NCBI GenBank assembly: GCA_016197005.1
Contig: JACPWO010000001.1
Span: forward strand, 282,544 to 346,543
Reading direction: 5' to 3'
DNA from: Candidatus Anderseniibacteriota bacterium
GTDB taxonomy: Bacteria; Patescibacteriota; Andersenbacteria; UBA10190
DNA length: 64,000 nucleotides
The notes below the pieces were generated by a model that was not told where the DNA came from, did no database searches, and saw nothing but the letters and a program-made list of their open reading frames with translations. Made by a program: the position numbers and the translations under genes. Position 1 is the stretch's first letter. Each line of letters opens with the position of its first letter. Positions 47,872 to 57,610 of the stretch are shown piece after piece.

Positions 47872-49041
47872 TCATATTTCTTTATTACCGTCAGCCACTC
47901 CCATAAAATTTCGTAAGGCCAAGCCAACAGCTACTCCATATGCTGGTCCTAAATACTGCAAACGACTTTCTAATTGCTGTGGATATGACAGACCGCGCCA
48001 TGGATTTCCTACACTTACTTTGTGTCCGACTACTGACTGCCACACATCTACTAACCCCGGTAAGTTTGCTCCCCCACCTATAAGAACAGTGCTGGTAATT
48101 TGACGACCACCTTGTTGGTGGTAGCGATCTAAAACTTCTTTTGCTTTACCTGCCTGAGTGGTGACTACTTTCAACGCCGCTTCTTTTTGCACAGGCGACG
48201 CGGAATCGAGAAGACCATGTTGGGCTTTTAGTTTTTCTGCTTCTTCAAATGATATAGATGAAGCTGCAGCGATTTGTTCCGTAATTGTAAATCCACCATA
48301 TTCGGCAGTGTAAGAGACACGCGGTGTTCCCCGATCAATGATGTGATACGTCGTCGCTCGGTCACCAATATCTACCGCCATAGCAGAAGCGGTTTCACTG
48401 GGCAAAAGCGAGCGCACCAGCGGAAACGTTTCTAGTTCAAGGGCTACTAATTTCATTTCTAGGCGATCAAGTAACGCAATATATCTTTCCACAAGATATT
48501 TTGGCGCAGCTGTTATAAACACAGGCACAGTGGTATCTGATGGTGTAACTAGAGTAGGAACATTTGGCGCTGGTGTTACTTCTGCTCCCTTACTTTTAAT
48601 TGCTAGATGTGGTTTTTCTCCCAGTCGACTATAGCCGAGTACAATATCTTCCAATTCAGCTGGTACAACATCACGAGCCGCAAATTCAACTGCTTTCTGC
48701 ATTTCTGCCTCCGGCATAGGCGGCATTTCCAGCACGCTGGTAAATACTGCCGAAGCCGGCAGTGCCACTACTGCTTGATCACTAGAAGTACCAGCCTTAT
48801 CCATCATGGTGCGAATCACTCCAGCCGCTCGTGTAATCACCTCTTCAGTTTTTACTCCTTCATCATCAAGTGGGTTTTCCAAAGCTGCTTGAGCATAGGC
48901 CGTAAGTTCAATCCTGCGCTTGCGACCGACAAGCTCAACAAGCTTTAAGCTTGAAGTACCGATATCGATACCGAGGAATGAATTGGGATTGCCAAAGAAA
49001 GCCATATTGAAGGAAATGTCCTGCCATTGTAGCATATTCAC
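47872..49041 (-). CDS. pilM: Pilus assembly ATPase-like protein PilM (actin/FtsA fold)
   Basis: It begins FLGIDIGTSSLKLVEL and has two actin-like subdomains. The start may be the internal ATG at 49005. Confidence 0.8.
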   Translation of the reverse strand: MNMLQWQDISFNMAFFGNPNSFLGIDIGTSSLKLVELVGRKRRIELTAYAQAALENPLDDEGVKTEEVITRAAGVIRTMMDKAGTSSDQAVVALPASAVFTSVLEMPPMPEAEMQKAVEFAARDVVPAELEDIVLGYSRLGEKPHLAIKSKGAEVTPAPNVPTLVTPSDTTVPVFITAAPKYLVERYIALLDRLEMKLVALELETFPLVRSLLPSETASAMAVDIGDRATTYHIIDRGTPRVSYTAEYGGFTITEQIAAASSISFEEAEKLKAQHGLLDSASPVQKEAALKVVTTQAGKAKEVLDRYHQQGGRQITSTVLIGGGANLPGLVDVWQSVVGHKVSVGNPWRGLSYPQQLESRLQYLGPAYGVAVGLALRNFMGVADGNKEI

Positions 49042-49596
49042 ATGTCATTGCTTTGGATTATCATCGGTGTCGTTGCTGTCGTTGTGTTGTACTTACTGGC
49101 TATGTACAACGCACTGGTGCGCCAGCGTAATCAAGTAAAGGAATCCTGGAGCGATATAGATATTCAGCTGAAACGCCGTCATAACCTTATTCCTAATGTT
49201 GTAGAAACAGTTAAGGGATATGCTGCCCATGAGAACAAAACGTTACAGTCAGTAACTGAAGCTCGCACTCGCGCGCTCTCCGCTCAGACTCCAGAGGATC
49301 ATGCCAAAGCGGAAAACATGTTATCCAGTACCCTAAAAACATTATTCGCCGTATCTGAGCAATACCCAGACCTTAAAGCAAATGCGAACTTTCTAGAACT
49401 ACAACGTGAACTTTCGGACACTGAAGATAAAATCCAAGCTGCTCGTCGACATTACAACACAACCGTCAGTGAATTTAATACAACGATTGAATCATTCCCC
49501 TCAAACGCAGTAGCCGGTATGTTTGGATTCAAACAAGCTGAGTTTTTCGAACTCGACGAAGAAGGCGCTCGTAGCGTACCGAAAGTTAGCTTTTAG
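49042..49596 (+). CDS. lemA: LemA family protein
   Basis: An N-terminal TM helix is followed by the conserved LemA core (YNALVRQRNQVKESWSDIDIQLKRRHNLIPN). Confidence 0.8.
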   Translation: MSLLWIIIGVVAVVVLYLLAMYNALVRQRNQVKESWSDIDIQLKRRHNLIPNVVETVKGYAAHENKTLQSVTEARTRALSAQTPEDHAKAENMLSSTLKTLFAVSEQYPDLKANANFLELQRELSDTEDKIQAARRHYNTTVSEFNTTIESFPSNAVAGMFGFKQAEFFELDEEGARSVPKVSF

Positions 49597-49651
49597 CTCT
49601 TGCCATTGAAGAGATTGCATAGGGCCCTAAAAGCCCTATAGTTTTGTAGAT

Positions 49652-50551
49652 ATGCCATCGCTCTATACTCAAATTCAAACAAATAAACGTAAATCTTTCT
49701 TCTTAATCATTGTAGTTCTCGTACTTGTCATTGGAGTAGTTGGTCTTTACTCATACTCTGTACGAGGCGACTTTGTTCTGCCGGTTATTGCCGCTTTCCT
49801 TGCAATCCCCTCCTCCTTAATCGGTTACTATGCTGGCGATAAAATTGCACTCGTTACTAATAGAGCTCAATTACTTCCAGAAGATGTCGGAAGAGAAATT
49901 CATCGCATTGTGGAAAATCTTGCTATCACGGCCGGTATTCCTAAGCCGAAGGTATATATGATTAACTCCCCTGCTCTCAATGCCTTTGCAACTGGACGAG
50001 ATCCGGATCATGCATCAATTGCCGTAACGAGTGGCTTAGTAGATAAACTCGATCGGGCGGAGTTGGAAGGCGTTATTGCCCACGAACTTGGTCACGTAAA
50101 AAATTACGACATCCGTTTCGCGACACTGGTGGCAATCTTTGTTGGATTCGTCGTAATTCTTTCCGATATGTTTATGCGAATGACGTGGTTTGGTGGAGGT
50201 ATGCGTTCTCGAAATAATCGTGAAGGCGGCGGACAAATTCAGGCCGTGCTCGCAATTATCGGTCTCATCCTCCTTATTGTCTCTCCCATTATTGCGAAAA
50301 TGATTCAGTTGGCGGTCTCTCGCCAGCGAGAATATTTAGCTGATGCCTCCGGCGCCCTTCTCACGCGTTACCCGGAGGGGCTAGCTCGAGCGCTGGAGAA
50401 AATATCAACTGGTCCATCACTTGAGACTGCTGGAAATGCTACTGCTCATTTATTTATTTCGAATCCATTCAAGCACAAAAGTTTTTCTCATCTGTTTGCA
50501 ACCCACCCCCCAATAGCGGAACGAATTAAACGTCTGCGAGGACTTCAGTAA
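49652..50551 (+). CDS. htpX: M48-family zinc metalloprotease HtpX
   Basis: It has the HExxH motif (IAHELGHVKNYD) and four TM helices. It lies downstream of lemA, the usual pairing. Confidence 0.85.
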   Translation: MPSLYTQIQTNKRKSFFLIIVVLVLVIGVVGLYSYSVRGDFVLPVIAAFLAIPSSLIGYYAGDKIALVTNRAQLLPEDVGREIHRIVENLAITAGIPKPKVYMINSPALNAFATGRDPDHASIAVTSGLVDKLDRAELEGVIAHELGHVKNYDIRFATLVAIFVGFVVILSDMFMRMTWFGGGMRSRNNREGGGQIQAVLAIIGLILLIVSPIIAKMIQLAVSRQREYLADASGALLTRYPEGLARALEKISTGPSLETAGNATAHLFISNPFKHKSFSHLFATHPPIAERIKRLRGLQ

Positions 50552-50987
50552 TAATATCGAGAGAAAATCCACGAGAAGCTAAAAACCGATATAGTTTGTC
50601 ACGACTATTTTTTGTCGTAGTGTGTGCGCGTCGCCAACGAGCAATTGCATCTTGTACCAACTCCTTCTCGGACCGCCGGTTAAACACTTGTTCGATTGCT
50701 TGAGTAATGGCGGCTGGCTTTACTCCTTTTTGTTGTAACTTGGCAGCAATATATCTCCGGCCAACTGGCTTACCCAGTAAAACGGATTCAGCATATGCCT
50801 GCGCAAAGTGATCATCATCAAGGAGGTGCTGTTTATAAAGCCACGCCACTGCTTCTTCTATCTCGGGGAGAGCAAATTGCTTATGTGCTAGTTTCATTCG
50901 AACTTCTGCCTCGGCGTGATCACGGCGAGACAGGATCGCTTGTGCCTGGTAATAAATGTTCTTGCGCTTTCCTGGCTTTTTCCTCAT
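50526..50987 (-). CDS. recX: RecX-family regulatory protein
   Basis: 153 aa, basic, made of three-helix repeats (RRYIAAKLQQKGV ... LYRFLASRGF). Confidence 0.65.
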   Translation of the reverse strand: MRKKPGKRKNIYYQAQAILSRRDHAEAEVRMKLAHKQFALPEIEEAVAWLYKQHLLDDDHFAQAYAESVLLGKPVGRRYIAAKLQQKGVKPAAITQAIEQVFNRRSEKELVQDAIARWRRAHTTTKNSRDKLYRFLASRGFSLDIITEVLADV

Positions 50988-51053
50988 ATCAACATGATAC
51001 CAGTCAATAAAGTTGGTATACTAAACCCATCACCATATAACTTGTAACTTTTC

Positions 51054-53597
51054 ATGGAAAAACCAATTCAAGATAAACTGACGAGCCGACTTAAAAATGT
51101 GCTGTCTGCTGCTTCGAGTATTTCACGAGAATTACAGCATCGTAATATCGGCACTGAACACGTGCTCTACGGCATGATGCAAGAGAGTGGTTCACTCGCC
51201 TATAGCATGCTGAAAAAGTTTGGCTTCACGCCTGAGTTCATTCGTACTGAACTGGAGGCAATGCCGAAGGTTGGAAGCTGGAAAGAAGAGCTCTCCCCCA
51301 GCGCTCGCCAAGCATTTGAAAAAGGTGCCCGCACTGCTTTTCAGTATCACCATCGATACATTGGTACTGAGCACGTCCTGTTTGGATTACTTACCTTAAA
51401 AGATTCAACTGCCTATAAACTTTTAGAAAAGTCACCAGTAGATATTAAGAGTCTTGCTCATCAAGTAAATATTGTTTTGAAAAGCACGTCTCACTTCCCT
51501 GATCTTTCTTCCTTCTTGTCTGGAGCTCCGGCTGGTCTAGCCACAACTACTCCTTCACCTGAATCACCCAGCCTACGTCCCTCTCCTTCTTCGGATCGTG
51601 CCATGGAAGCTGGCAGCAAGAAACAACGCACCCCTGCTTTTGATTACTTTACGCAAGACTTAACCGCAATGGCCGCTGCCGGTAAGTTTGATGTCGTTAT
51701 TGGCCGCGCTAAGGAAGTTGAGCGGGTCATGGGAATTTTGAATCGTAAGAACAAAAACAACCCTATCCTTATTGGTGAGCCGGGTGTCGGAAAAACTGCC
51801 ATTGTGAATGGACTCGCTCAGCGCATTGCTGCAGGACAAGTACCACCAAAACTTCAAGGCAAACGTATTCTCTCCCTCGACATGGCTTCCATCTTAGCTG
51901 GCACCACTTTCCGCGGTGAGTTTGAAGAACGTATAAAGGAGCTGATGCGAGAACTTGAAGAAAGCAAAAACACCATTCTCTTTATTGATGAACTGCACAC
52001 TATTGTTGGTGCTGGTTCCTCTGGTGGCAGTCTTGATGCCGCTAATATGCTGAAGCCTGTCCTGGCTCGCGGTGAAGTTAGTATTGTCGGTGCTACTACG
52101 CTCGATGAATACCGCAAACACATTGAGAAAGATAAAGCCCTGGAGCGTCGTTTTCAGCCCGTCATTGTAAAAGAGCCTTCACTGGCTGAAGCAACAGAAA
52201 TTTTGCGTGGAGCTCGGGAAGCCTACGAACAACATCATGGCTTGACCGTTACCGATGAAGCTATTAAAGCTTCGGTAGAAATGAGTGTGCGATATATCCC
52301 CGATCGTTTCTTACCAGATAAGGCGTTCGATCTACTCGATGAAGCAGCTGCTAGTCTTCAGCTGAAACTGGCTGGTTCTGATGAGGCTCAGAAAGCACAG
52401 ACACTAAAGAACGATCTAGAAAAACTACGCCAAAAGAAGGAAGCTGCCATTGAAGCCGAGAAATATGAGGAAGCACTCGTAGCCAAACGCCAAGAAGACC
52501 TTTTGAATGAAAAGTTAGCGGAATACTCCCGTAAATCAGCCAAGATAACGAACAAACGACCTTCTATTACCGAAGAACACATTGCAAAAGTAGTAGCTGA
52601 CTCTACTGGTATTCCGGTTACTCGCCTCTTACTAGAGGAATCTAAGCGTCTAGGTAACCTTGAGGTTATCTTGCGCAAATATATTGTTGGTCAAGAAGAG
52701 GCAATTAAGTCAGTCGCTCGCTACGTTCGTAGATCCCGCGCCGGTATCGCCAGTCCCAATCGCCCCCTTGGATCTTTTATCTTCCTTGGGCCAACTGGTG
52801 TAGGAAAAACTGAAACAGCTAAAGTACTAGCCCGAGAAGTATTTGAAGACCCGAAAGCGCTAGTACGAGTAGATATGTCCGAGTTTATGGAGGCGCATGC
52901 TGTCTCCCGTCTTATTGGTGCCCCGGCTGGATATGTTGGGTATGACGAGGGCGGTAAACTTACGGAAACAATTCGTCGCCAACCCTATTCTATTGTCTTG
53001 TTTGATGAAATAGAAAAAGCACACCGCGATGTTCTTAATATCCTTCTGCAAATACTGGACGAAGGAGAACTCACTGATGCCCACGGACGCCGGATAAATT
53101 TCCGCAACACTATCATTATTATGACGAGCAATATTGGCTCACATGAACTTGCTCAGCAGGCACGAATGGGCTTTGCGATGCCAGAAGAATCTGACTTACG
53201 AGATGAAGCAGAAGCTAAGTACCAACAACTGAAGGCTACTGTGCTTAAAGAACTTCATAGTCACATGGCTCCAGAGCTCTTGTCCCGTATTGATCAAACG
53301 ATTGTCTTCTCTCCTCTTCGTCTAAAAGATCTAGAAAAAATAGCTGCCATCCATATCCAAGAGCTTAAGAATCTCTTAGTACCAAAGAGTGTAAATCTGG
53401 AAGTATCCAAGGGCGTACAACAAGAAATTGCGAAGCGTGCATTTGCTGAAGATAAAGGAGCTCGCCCCATTCGTCGTTTCGTCCAAGAACTTCTCGAGGA
53501 TCCAATTGCACATTCACTCGTCGGTGGTGAACTCAAAAAAGGGCAAACCATCCAAGCCAAAAAAACCGGTAGTAAAATTACCGTCATCCCACAATAA
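51054..53597 (+). CDS. clpC: Clp/Hsp100 ATPase, ClpC-type
   Basis: It has two Clp_N repeats, two AAA+ modules (GEPGVGKTAIVNGLAQRI and FLGPTGVGKTETAKVLA), a short UVR-like middle domain and a C-terminal D2-small domain. A roughly 45-aa Pro/Ser-rich linker follows the N-domain. Confidence 0.85.
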   Translation: MEKPIQDKLTSRLKNVLSAASSISRELQHRNIGTEHVLYGMMQESGSLAYSMLKKFGFTPEFIRTELEAMPKVGSWKEELSPSARQAFEKGARTAFQYHHRYIGTEHVLFGLLTLKDSTAYKLLEKSPVDIKSLAHQVNIVLKSTSHFPDLSSFLSGAPAGLATTTPSPESPSLRPSPSSDRAMEAGSKKQRTPAFDYFTQDLTAMAAAGKFDVVIGRAKEVERVMGILNRKNKNNPILIGEPGVGKTAIVNGLAQRIAAGQVPPKLQGKRILSLDMASILAGTTFRGEFEERIKELMRELEESKNTILFIDELHTIVGAGSSGGSLDAANMLKPVLARGEVSIVGATTLDEYRKHIEKDKALERRFQPVIVKEPSLAEATEILRGAREAYEQHHGLTVTDEAIKASVEMSVRYIPDRFLPDKAFDLLDEAAASLQLKLAGSDEAQKAQTLKNDLEKLRQKKEAAIEAEKYEEALVAKRQEDLLNEKLAEYSRKSAKITNKRPSITEEHIAKVVADSTGIPVTRLLLEESKRLGNLEVILRKYIVGQEEAIKSVARYVRRSRAGIASPNRPLGSFIFLGPTGVGKTETAKVLAREVFEDPKALVRVDMSEFMEAHAVSRLIGAPAGYVGYDEGGKLTETIRRQPYSIVLFDEIEKAHRDVLNILLQILDEGELTDAHGRRINFRNTIIIMTSNIGSHELAQQARMGFAMPEESDLRDEAEAKYQQLKATVLKELHSHMAPELLSRIDQTIVFSPLRLKDLEKIAAIHIQELKNLLVPKSVNLEVSKGVQQEIAKRAFAEDKGARPIRRFVQELLEDPIAHSLVGGELKKGQTIQAKKTGSKITVIPQ

Positions 53598-53610
53598 ATT
53601 CGAAGTACAT

Positions 53611-54333
53611 ATGAGTTTCCCAGTCCTGGCTACCACTCGCCTGCTGGATCTTGTTGCTCCCCCTCGCTGCATGAGCTGTGCGCGAGAGGGATCATGGTTG
53701 TGTCATACCTGCCTACCTCTTTACTCACAATTCAGACAGCGCTGCATTGTTTGTAGTAAAAACTCTACTCGTGGCATTACTTGTGTTTCGTGTAAAGACG
53801 AAACACCGCTGACTGGAATTGTAAGTGCGGGCTCGTATTCCTATCCCGGTCTGCGCCGTGGTATTAGTTGGCTCAAATTTAAGGGTATTCGCCCGGTAGC
53901 TGAAACACTGGCGAGTTTACTTATCCCTCGCCTACCCCATGTTGCCTCTATGTCTGAATTAGCGCAGAGCGCAGTTCTTGTCCCCATACCTCTTCATTCT
54001 CGTCGCCAGCGACAACGTGGATTTAACCAAAGCGAAGATATTGCGCGAGCCATTCATATATTCACAAATATTAGTGTTTTAAATATATTGCAGCGAACGA
54101 AAGCTACCTGGGCACAAGCAAAGCTCCCCGCCGAGATGCGGGCACAGAACCCACAAGATGCCTTTACGGTAGATACATCACAACAAAAAGAGTTTTTTAC
54201 AACTAAGGGTATTTATATTCTTGTTGATGACGTGACGACTTCTGGCGCTACGCTGTCAGCTGCGGCTAAGACGTTGCAACAACAGCTACCTACGCACTAT
54301 CAGCTGTGGGCAGCTACTATTGCGCAAGGTTAA
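53611..54333 (+). CDS. comFC: ComF-family protein (ComFC; zinc finger plus phosphoribosyltransferase-like domain)
   Basis: It has an N-terminal Cys4 finger (CMSC...CHTC...CIVC...CVSC) and a PRTase-like motif (YILVDDVTTSGATL). It is trimmed to the ATG at 53611, just after the clpC stop. Confidence 0.75.
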   Translation: MSFPVLATTRLLDLVAPPRCMSCAREGSWLCHTCLPLYSQFRQRCIVCSKNSTRGITCVSCKDETPLTGIVSAGSYSYPGLRRGISWLKFKGIRPVAETLASLLIPRLPHVASMSELAQSAVLVPIPLHSRRQRQRGFNQSEDIARAIHIFTNISVLNILQRTKATWAQAKLPAEMRAQNPQDAFTVDTSQQKEFFTTKGIYILVDDVTTSGATLSAAAKTLQQQLPTHYQLWAATIAQG

Positions 54334-54944
54334 TCTTCTATAAGTTCTTCTAGCTTCATAAGCACCTGTTGCCAATGCTTGCGCATTTGTACGCGATCTT
54401 TTGCGCTAGCTAGTTTTTCTTGATGAAATCGAATACACGTTCCTTTCATTGTCTGTCTCGTCGAAACGGTAACTTGTAAAGTAGATGGCTGCTTAAAGCC
54501 CTTTGGCTGCCAGGTAAGGCGTACACGCTCGCCTGGTCTAAGAGTACGAACCTCCCCAGTTGTGCCTTCCTTGGTAGCATATGTATTTCCCGGTGCAACG
54601 GTGACGTTTGTTTCTCCGAGCCACATTTTTCGTACAGTTGGACTCATGAGAAGATCCCAAGCTTGTTTTTTAGAGATTGGTAGCGTCTTCGTAACTCCAA
54701 TTTCAAATCCGACATCGGCTGTTTCTCCTGCTACCCGTTTTCCTCGAGCATATTCATATTCGACGGTTACCATCTGGCACCACCAGTCCTTCATAATAAG
54801 TTTTTTATCCCAGAGCAGACGCGCGATGTCTTTATGAGACATTTTCTTTGCGCCTGCTTTATCCAGTATCTTGAACCAGTCCCCTCGCGTTTTACCGGTA
54901 GCCTGTAAGACAGCTTTATCGGAGATGTTACTGCGCTTCTTCAT
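54330..54944 (-). CDS. Hypothetical protein, possibly DUF4287-like N-terminus plus an SRPBCC-like C-terminal domain
   Basis: 204 aa. The domain resemblance comes from memory of those families only and is not verified. Confidence 0.4.
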   Translation of the reverse strand: MKKRSNISDKAVLQATGKTRGDWFKILDKAGAKKMSHKDIARLLWDKKLIMKDWWCQMVTVEYEYARGKRVAGETADVGFEIGVTKTLPISKKQAWDLLMSPTVRKMWLGETNVTVAPGNTYATKEGTTGEVRTLRPGERVRLTWQPKGFKQPSTLQVTVSTRQTMKGTCIRFHQEKLASAKDRVQMRKHWQQVLMKLEELIED

Positions 54945-54983
54945 CGGCTAGAGCATACCCAAGTTCCTATTTAGTCAGCAAGT

Positions 54984-55520
54984 TTACAGACCAACTGGCC
55001 CCCAGAAAGCTTCCATGCCTTCTGGCGCTAAGTTATTTACTCGACTCGCTCGTACTGTTCCGGGTAGATACTCCACTTCTACCATCGACCCTCGCATGAT
55101 GTGAGAATCTAGCTTGGTATCTAGCGATACATCGAACTTCTTATTAATAAGATGCCCGTTGTAGTTAGCATCTCGCAGTTCAACTTCTTCTTCATTGATA
55201 TTCCCCACTCGTCCGCTCAGACGGAGAATAATTGGTGCATCATCAAATCCGGCGAATGTCCCGAAATTGGCGATAAATCGGTCTTGAGATTTGTGCCATT
55301 TCATTGCATCTACTAAGTGTTCATACGTTCGGTAGTGTCCAGCAGCAATACCAGCGGCAAACGAGCGTTGAGAGAATTCGTTAACGGGTAATCCCGCTTC
55401 TCGCAGAGCTGCGTTCACTTGGCTAATACGTACTGGTGGCGAGGCAGCAATAACGGGATAACTTAATCCCGCAAACAACGCGAGTACCATCGCAACATAT
55501 ATACTTTTTGTTCCTGTCAT
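54984..55520 (-). CDS. Hypothetical secreted protein
   Basis: It is trimmed to the ATG, which is preceded by a strong SD (GGAGGTGagcgat-ATG). It has an N-terminal signal peptide (IYVAMVLALFAGLSYPVIAAS). Confidence 0.55.
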   Translation of the reverse strand: MTGTKSIYVAMVLALFAGLSYPVIAASPPVRISQVNAALREAGLPVNEFSQRSFAAGIAAGHYRTYEHLVDAMKWHKSQDRFIANFGTFAGFDDAPIILRLSGRVGNINEEEVELRDANYNGHLINKKFDVSLDTKLDSHIMRGSMVEVEYLPGTVRASRVNNLAPEGMEAFWGPVGL

Positions 55521-55647
55521 ATCGCTCACCTCCTCTATATATAAAAATAAGGTCCCCCTATGGAGCCCACCTTGCGTACATTTAGCCTTTCCTGCCACTT
55601 TAAAGTGTCAGGATCTCTGACACTTTAAAGGCTTAATATAGTGAGAA

Positions 55648-56280
55648 TTACTTCCGGCGAAGCAGCGTGCGTAAGGCTGCCATAAGACGGGCTCGATCTT
55701 CCTTTGTGCGAAGAACATGGATAAGGCTGGGCATTACAGAAACAATAATGATGCCGAGAACGATAGGAACGAGGTACTTATCAACATTGGGAATAAGGGT
55801 TCCTAAGAAGTAGCCAGCGAGTGGCACCCCAACCGCCCATAGCGCACCTCCCACAATATTAAAAGTTAGAAATTTTTTGTATTGCATTGCACCAACACCC
55901 GCGAGTATAGGAGCAAAGGTACGAATAACAGGCATAAAGCGTGCGAGAATAATTGCCTTGCCGCCATGTTTTTCGTAAAATTTTTCAGCTCGTAGAAGAT
56001 TATCTTTATGGAATAAGATGGAATTTTCTCTTTGAAAAATCTTTCGGCCAATTCTATGCCCGAACCAGTACCCGACCGAATCCCCGGCTACGGCCGCGAC
56101 GAAAGATAGAGCTGCTAACACAAAGATATTAAAAATACCCTGGGAAGCGAGAAAACCTGCAGTGAAAAGAAGGCTATCACCCGGTAAGAAAAAACCAATC
56201 AGGAGTCCTGACTCAGCAAAAACGATGACGGTAATACCAGCGTAGCCAATAACGGGTAGAAGCTCAGTTAATGAAAACAT
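55648..56280 (-). CDS. dedA: DedA-family membrane protein
   Basis: It has the DedA signature (FAESGLLIGFFLPGDSLLFTAGFLA, later the GDSVGYWFGHRIGRK region) and re-entrant helices. Confidence 0.85.
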   Translation of the reverse strand: MFSLTELLPVIGYAGITVIVFAESGLLIGFFLPGDSLLFTAGFLASQGIFNIFVLAALSFVAAVAGDSVGYWFGHRIGRKIFQRENSILFHKDNLLRAEKFYEKHGGKAIILARFMPVIRTFAPILAGVGAMQYKKFLTFNIVGGALWAVGVPLAGYFLGTLIPNVDKYLVPIVLGIIIVSVMPSLIHVLRTKEDRARLMAALRTLLRRK

Positions 56281-56346
56281 GAGGTAAGTATACGGGGTAA
56301 AAGTAGATTTATCCGTTCTCTTCCCCTATTTACGAACGCATCTTAC

Positions 56347-57459
56347 TTACTCCTTAATCTGTTTCTTTGCTTCCTGAATATAGGTCATTACCTCTGTAGG
56401 CGCTTTATGCAGAAGAATCTCAGCCCACTGGTAGGCCAACATTGATTCAGCCCCATTGTTTGGATTTGGACCGTGTGCAAACAACCCGTCTAGAGAAGCG
56501 CCTGTCTTTTCATCTACCATAACCACGTCACCGGTATTTTTACCAAAAAACCAAAGGTATGGTGCAGCTATTTCCTCCAATACAACTTTACCAGGAAAGT
56601 GAGAGTGATATTCGAGCAAGAAATCAAACATGGTAGACGCTTCAATTGCTTGCTGATTATCTTTTGATTGCATGCCTCCCTTTGGGTACCACCCGTTACT
56701 TCCAATTGGAATAAACATTCCTTCCAGTATTACTGAGTCCTGCAAAAAACGAGCACTGGCATGTAGGATCTCAGTTTGCGATTTCGATGGGTTTATTATT
56801 AGACCAGCTAATACACCATGGGGTAAGAGCGCATTTGCGTACGTCATTATGTTTTCGAACCATGGCCACTGAGACGACGCATGCACTTGCCATGACTTTG
56901 TGAGTGCCGCTTGCCCTTTTTGAGCCAGCGCCAGAGTATTCATGCGCCTATTTACTGGTATAGCCGTCATTGCTACTAAGAACTCAGCCCAAAAACGCGC
57001 CGCTTGCATTGCATCAACACGATTGAGTAACCGCTGCAGCATTGCTTCTGCTTGGATATGCAGCTCTTCCACCTCAGAAGATGCAAGGATTACTACAAAA
57101 CAGCGAATAAGCCGCGCATACATATCCTCAGATTGATCTTGCTTGAGCCACATTCCATCAGAACTACGGAAATTATGATAATATCCCGGTCTTTCCTCTG
57201 CTTCTATAATAAAATCCCAACACTTCGTTAATAACGCTTTTACTTCCGCTTTATTTTTAGCAACTACTAGAGGCAATAAGCCCACTAATACCTGTACTGC
57301 ACGCGCATTATCATCTACGCAGTAGCCTTCTCGAAGGAGAGGTTCGCGAATTGTCGCATGCTGATAGAGTCCAAATGGCCCCATCATTACGTGGAAATGG
57401 CTGAGAAAAGAGGAAATATTAATTTTTTGATCAATTGTCTTGTCCGATGATCCTTGCAT
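56347..57459 (-). CDS. (alpha/alpha)6-barrel-like carbohydrate-active protein (glycoside hydrolase or AGE-epimerase-like)
   Basis: 370 aa, helix-rich, with conserved acidic and aromatic positions (DDNARAVQVL, YYHNFRSSDGMW, GWYPKGG). It sits beside the GT4 and GH130 genes. Confidence 0.5.
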   Translation of the reverse strand: MQGSSDKTIDQKINISSFLSHFHVMMGPFGLYQHATIREPLLREGYCVDDNARAVQVLVGLLPLVVAKNKAEVKALLTKCWDFIIEAEERPGYYHNFRSSDGMWLKQDQSEDMYARLIRCFVVILASSEVEELHIQAEAMLQRLLNRVDAMQAARFWAEFLVAMTAIPVNRRMNTLALAQKGQAALTKSWQVHASSQWPWFENIMTYANALLPHGVLAGLIINPSKSQTEILHASARFLQDSVILEGMFIPIGSNGWYPKGGMQSKDNQQAIEASTMFDFLLEYHSHFPGKVVLEEIAAPYLWFFGKNTGDVVMVDEKTGASLDGLFAHGPNPNNGAESMLAYQWAEILLHKAPTEVMTYIQEAKKQIKE

Positions 57460-57610
57460 TTTTATGATTATATGTTACTTTAAACATGCCCTCAAGATCT
57501 ACGAGTAAGTATAACATCCCGTGTATCTCCCAAATTGAAACAACAGTACGGCTCTGCCTACTCACATATTAACCTTTCTATTGTAGATTTTCGGCAATTA
57601 TCTTTTTCGT

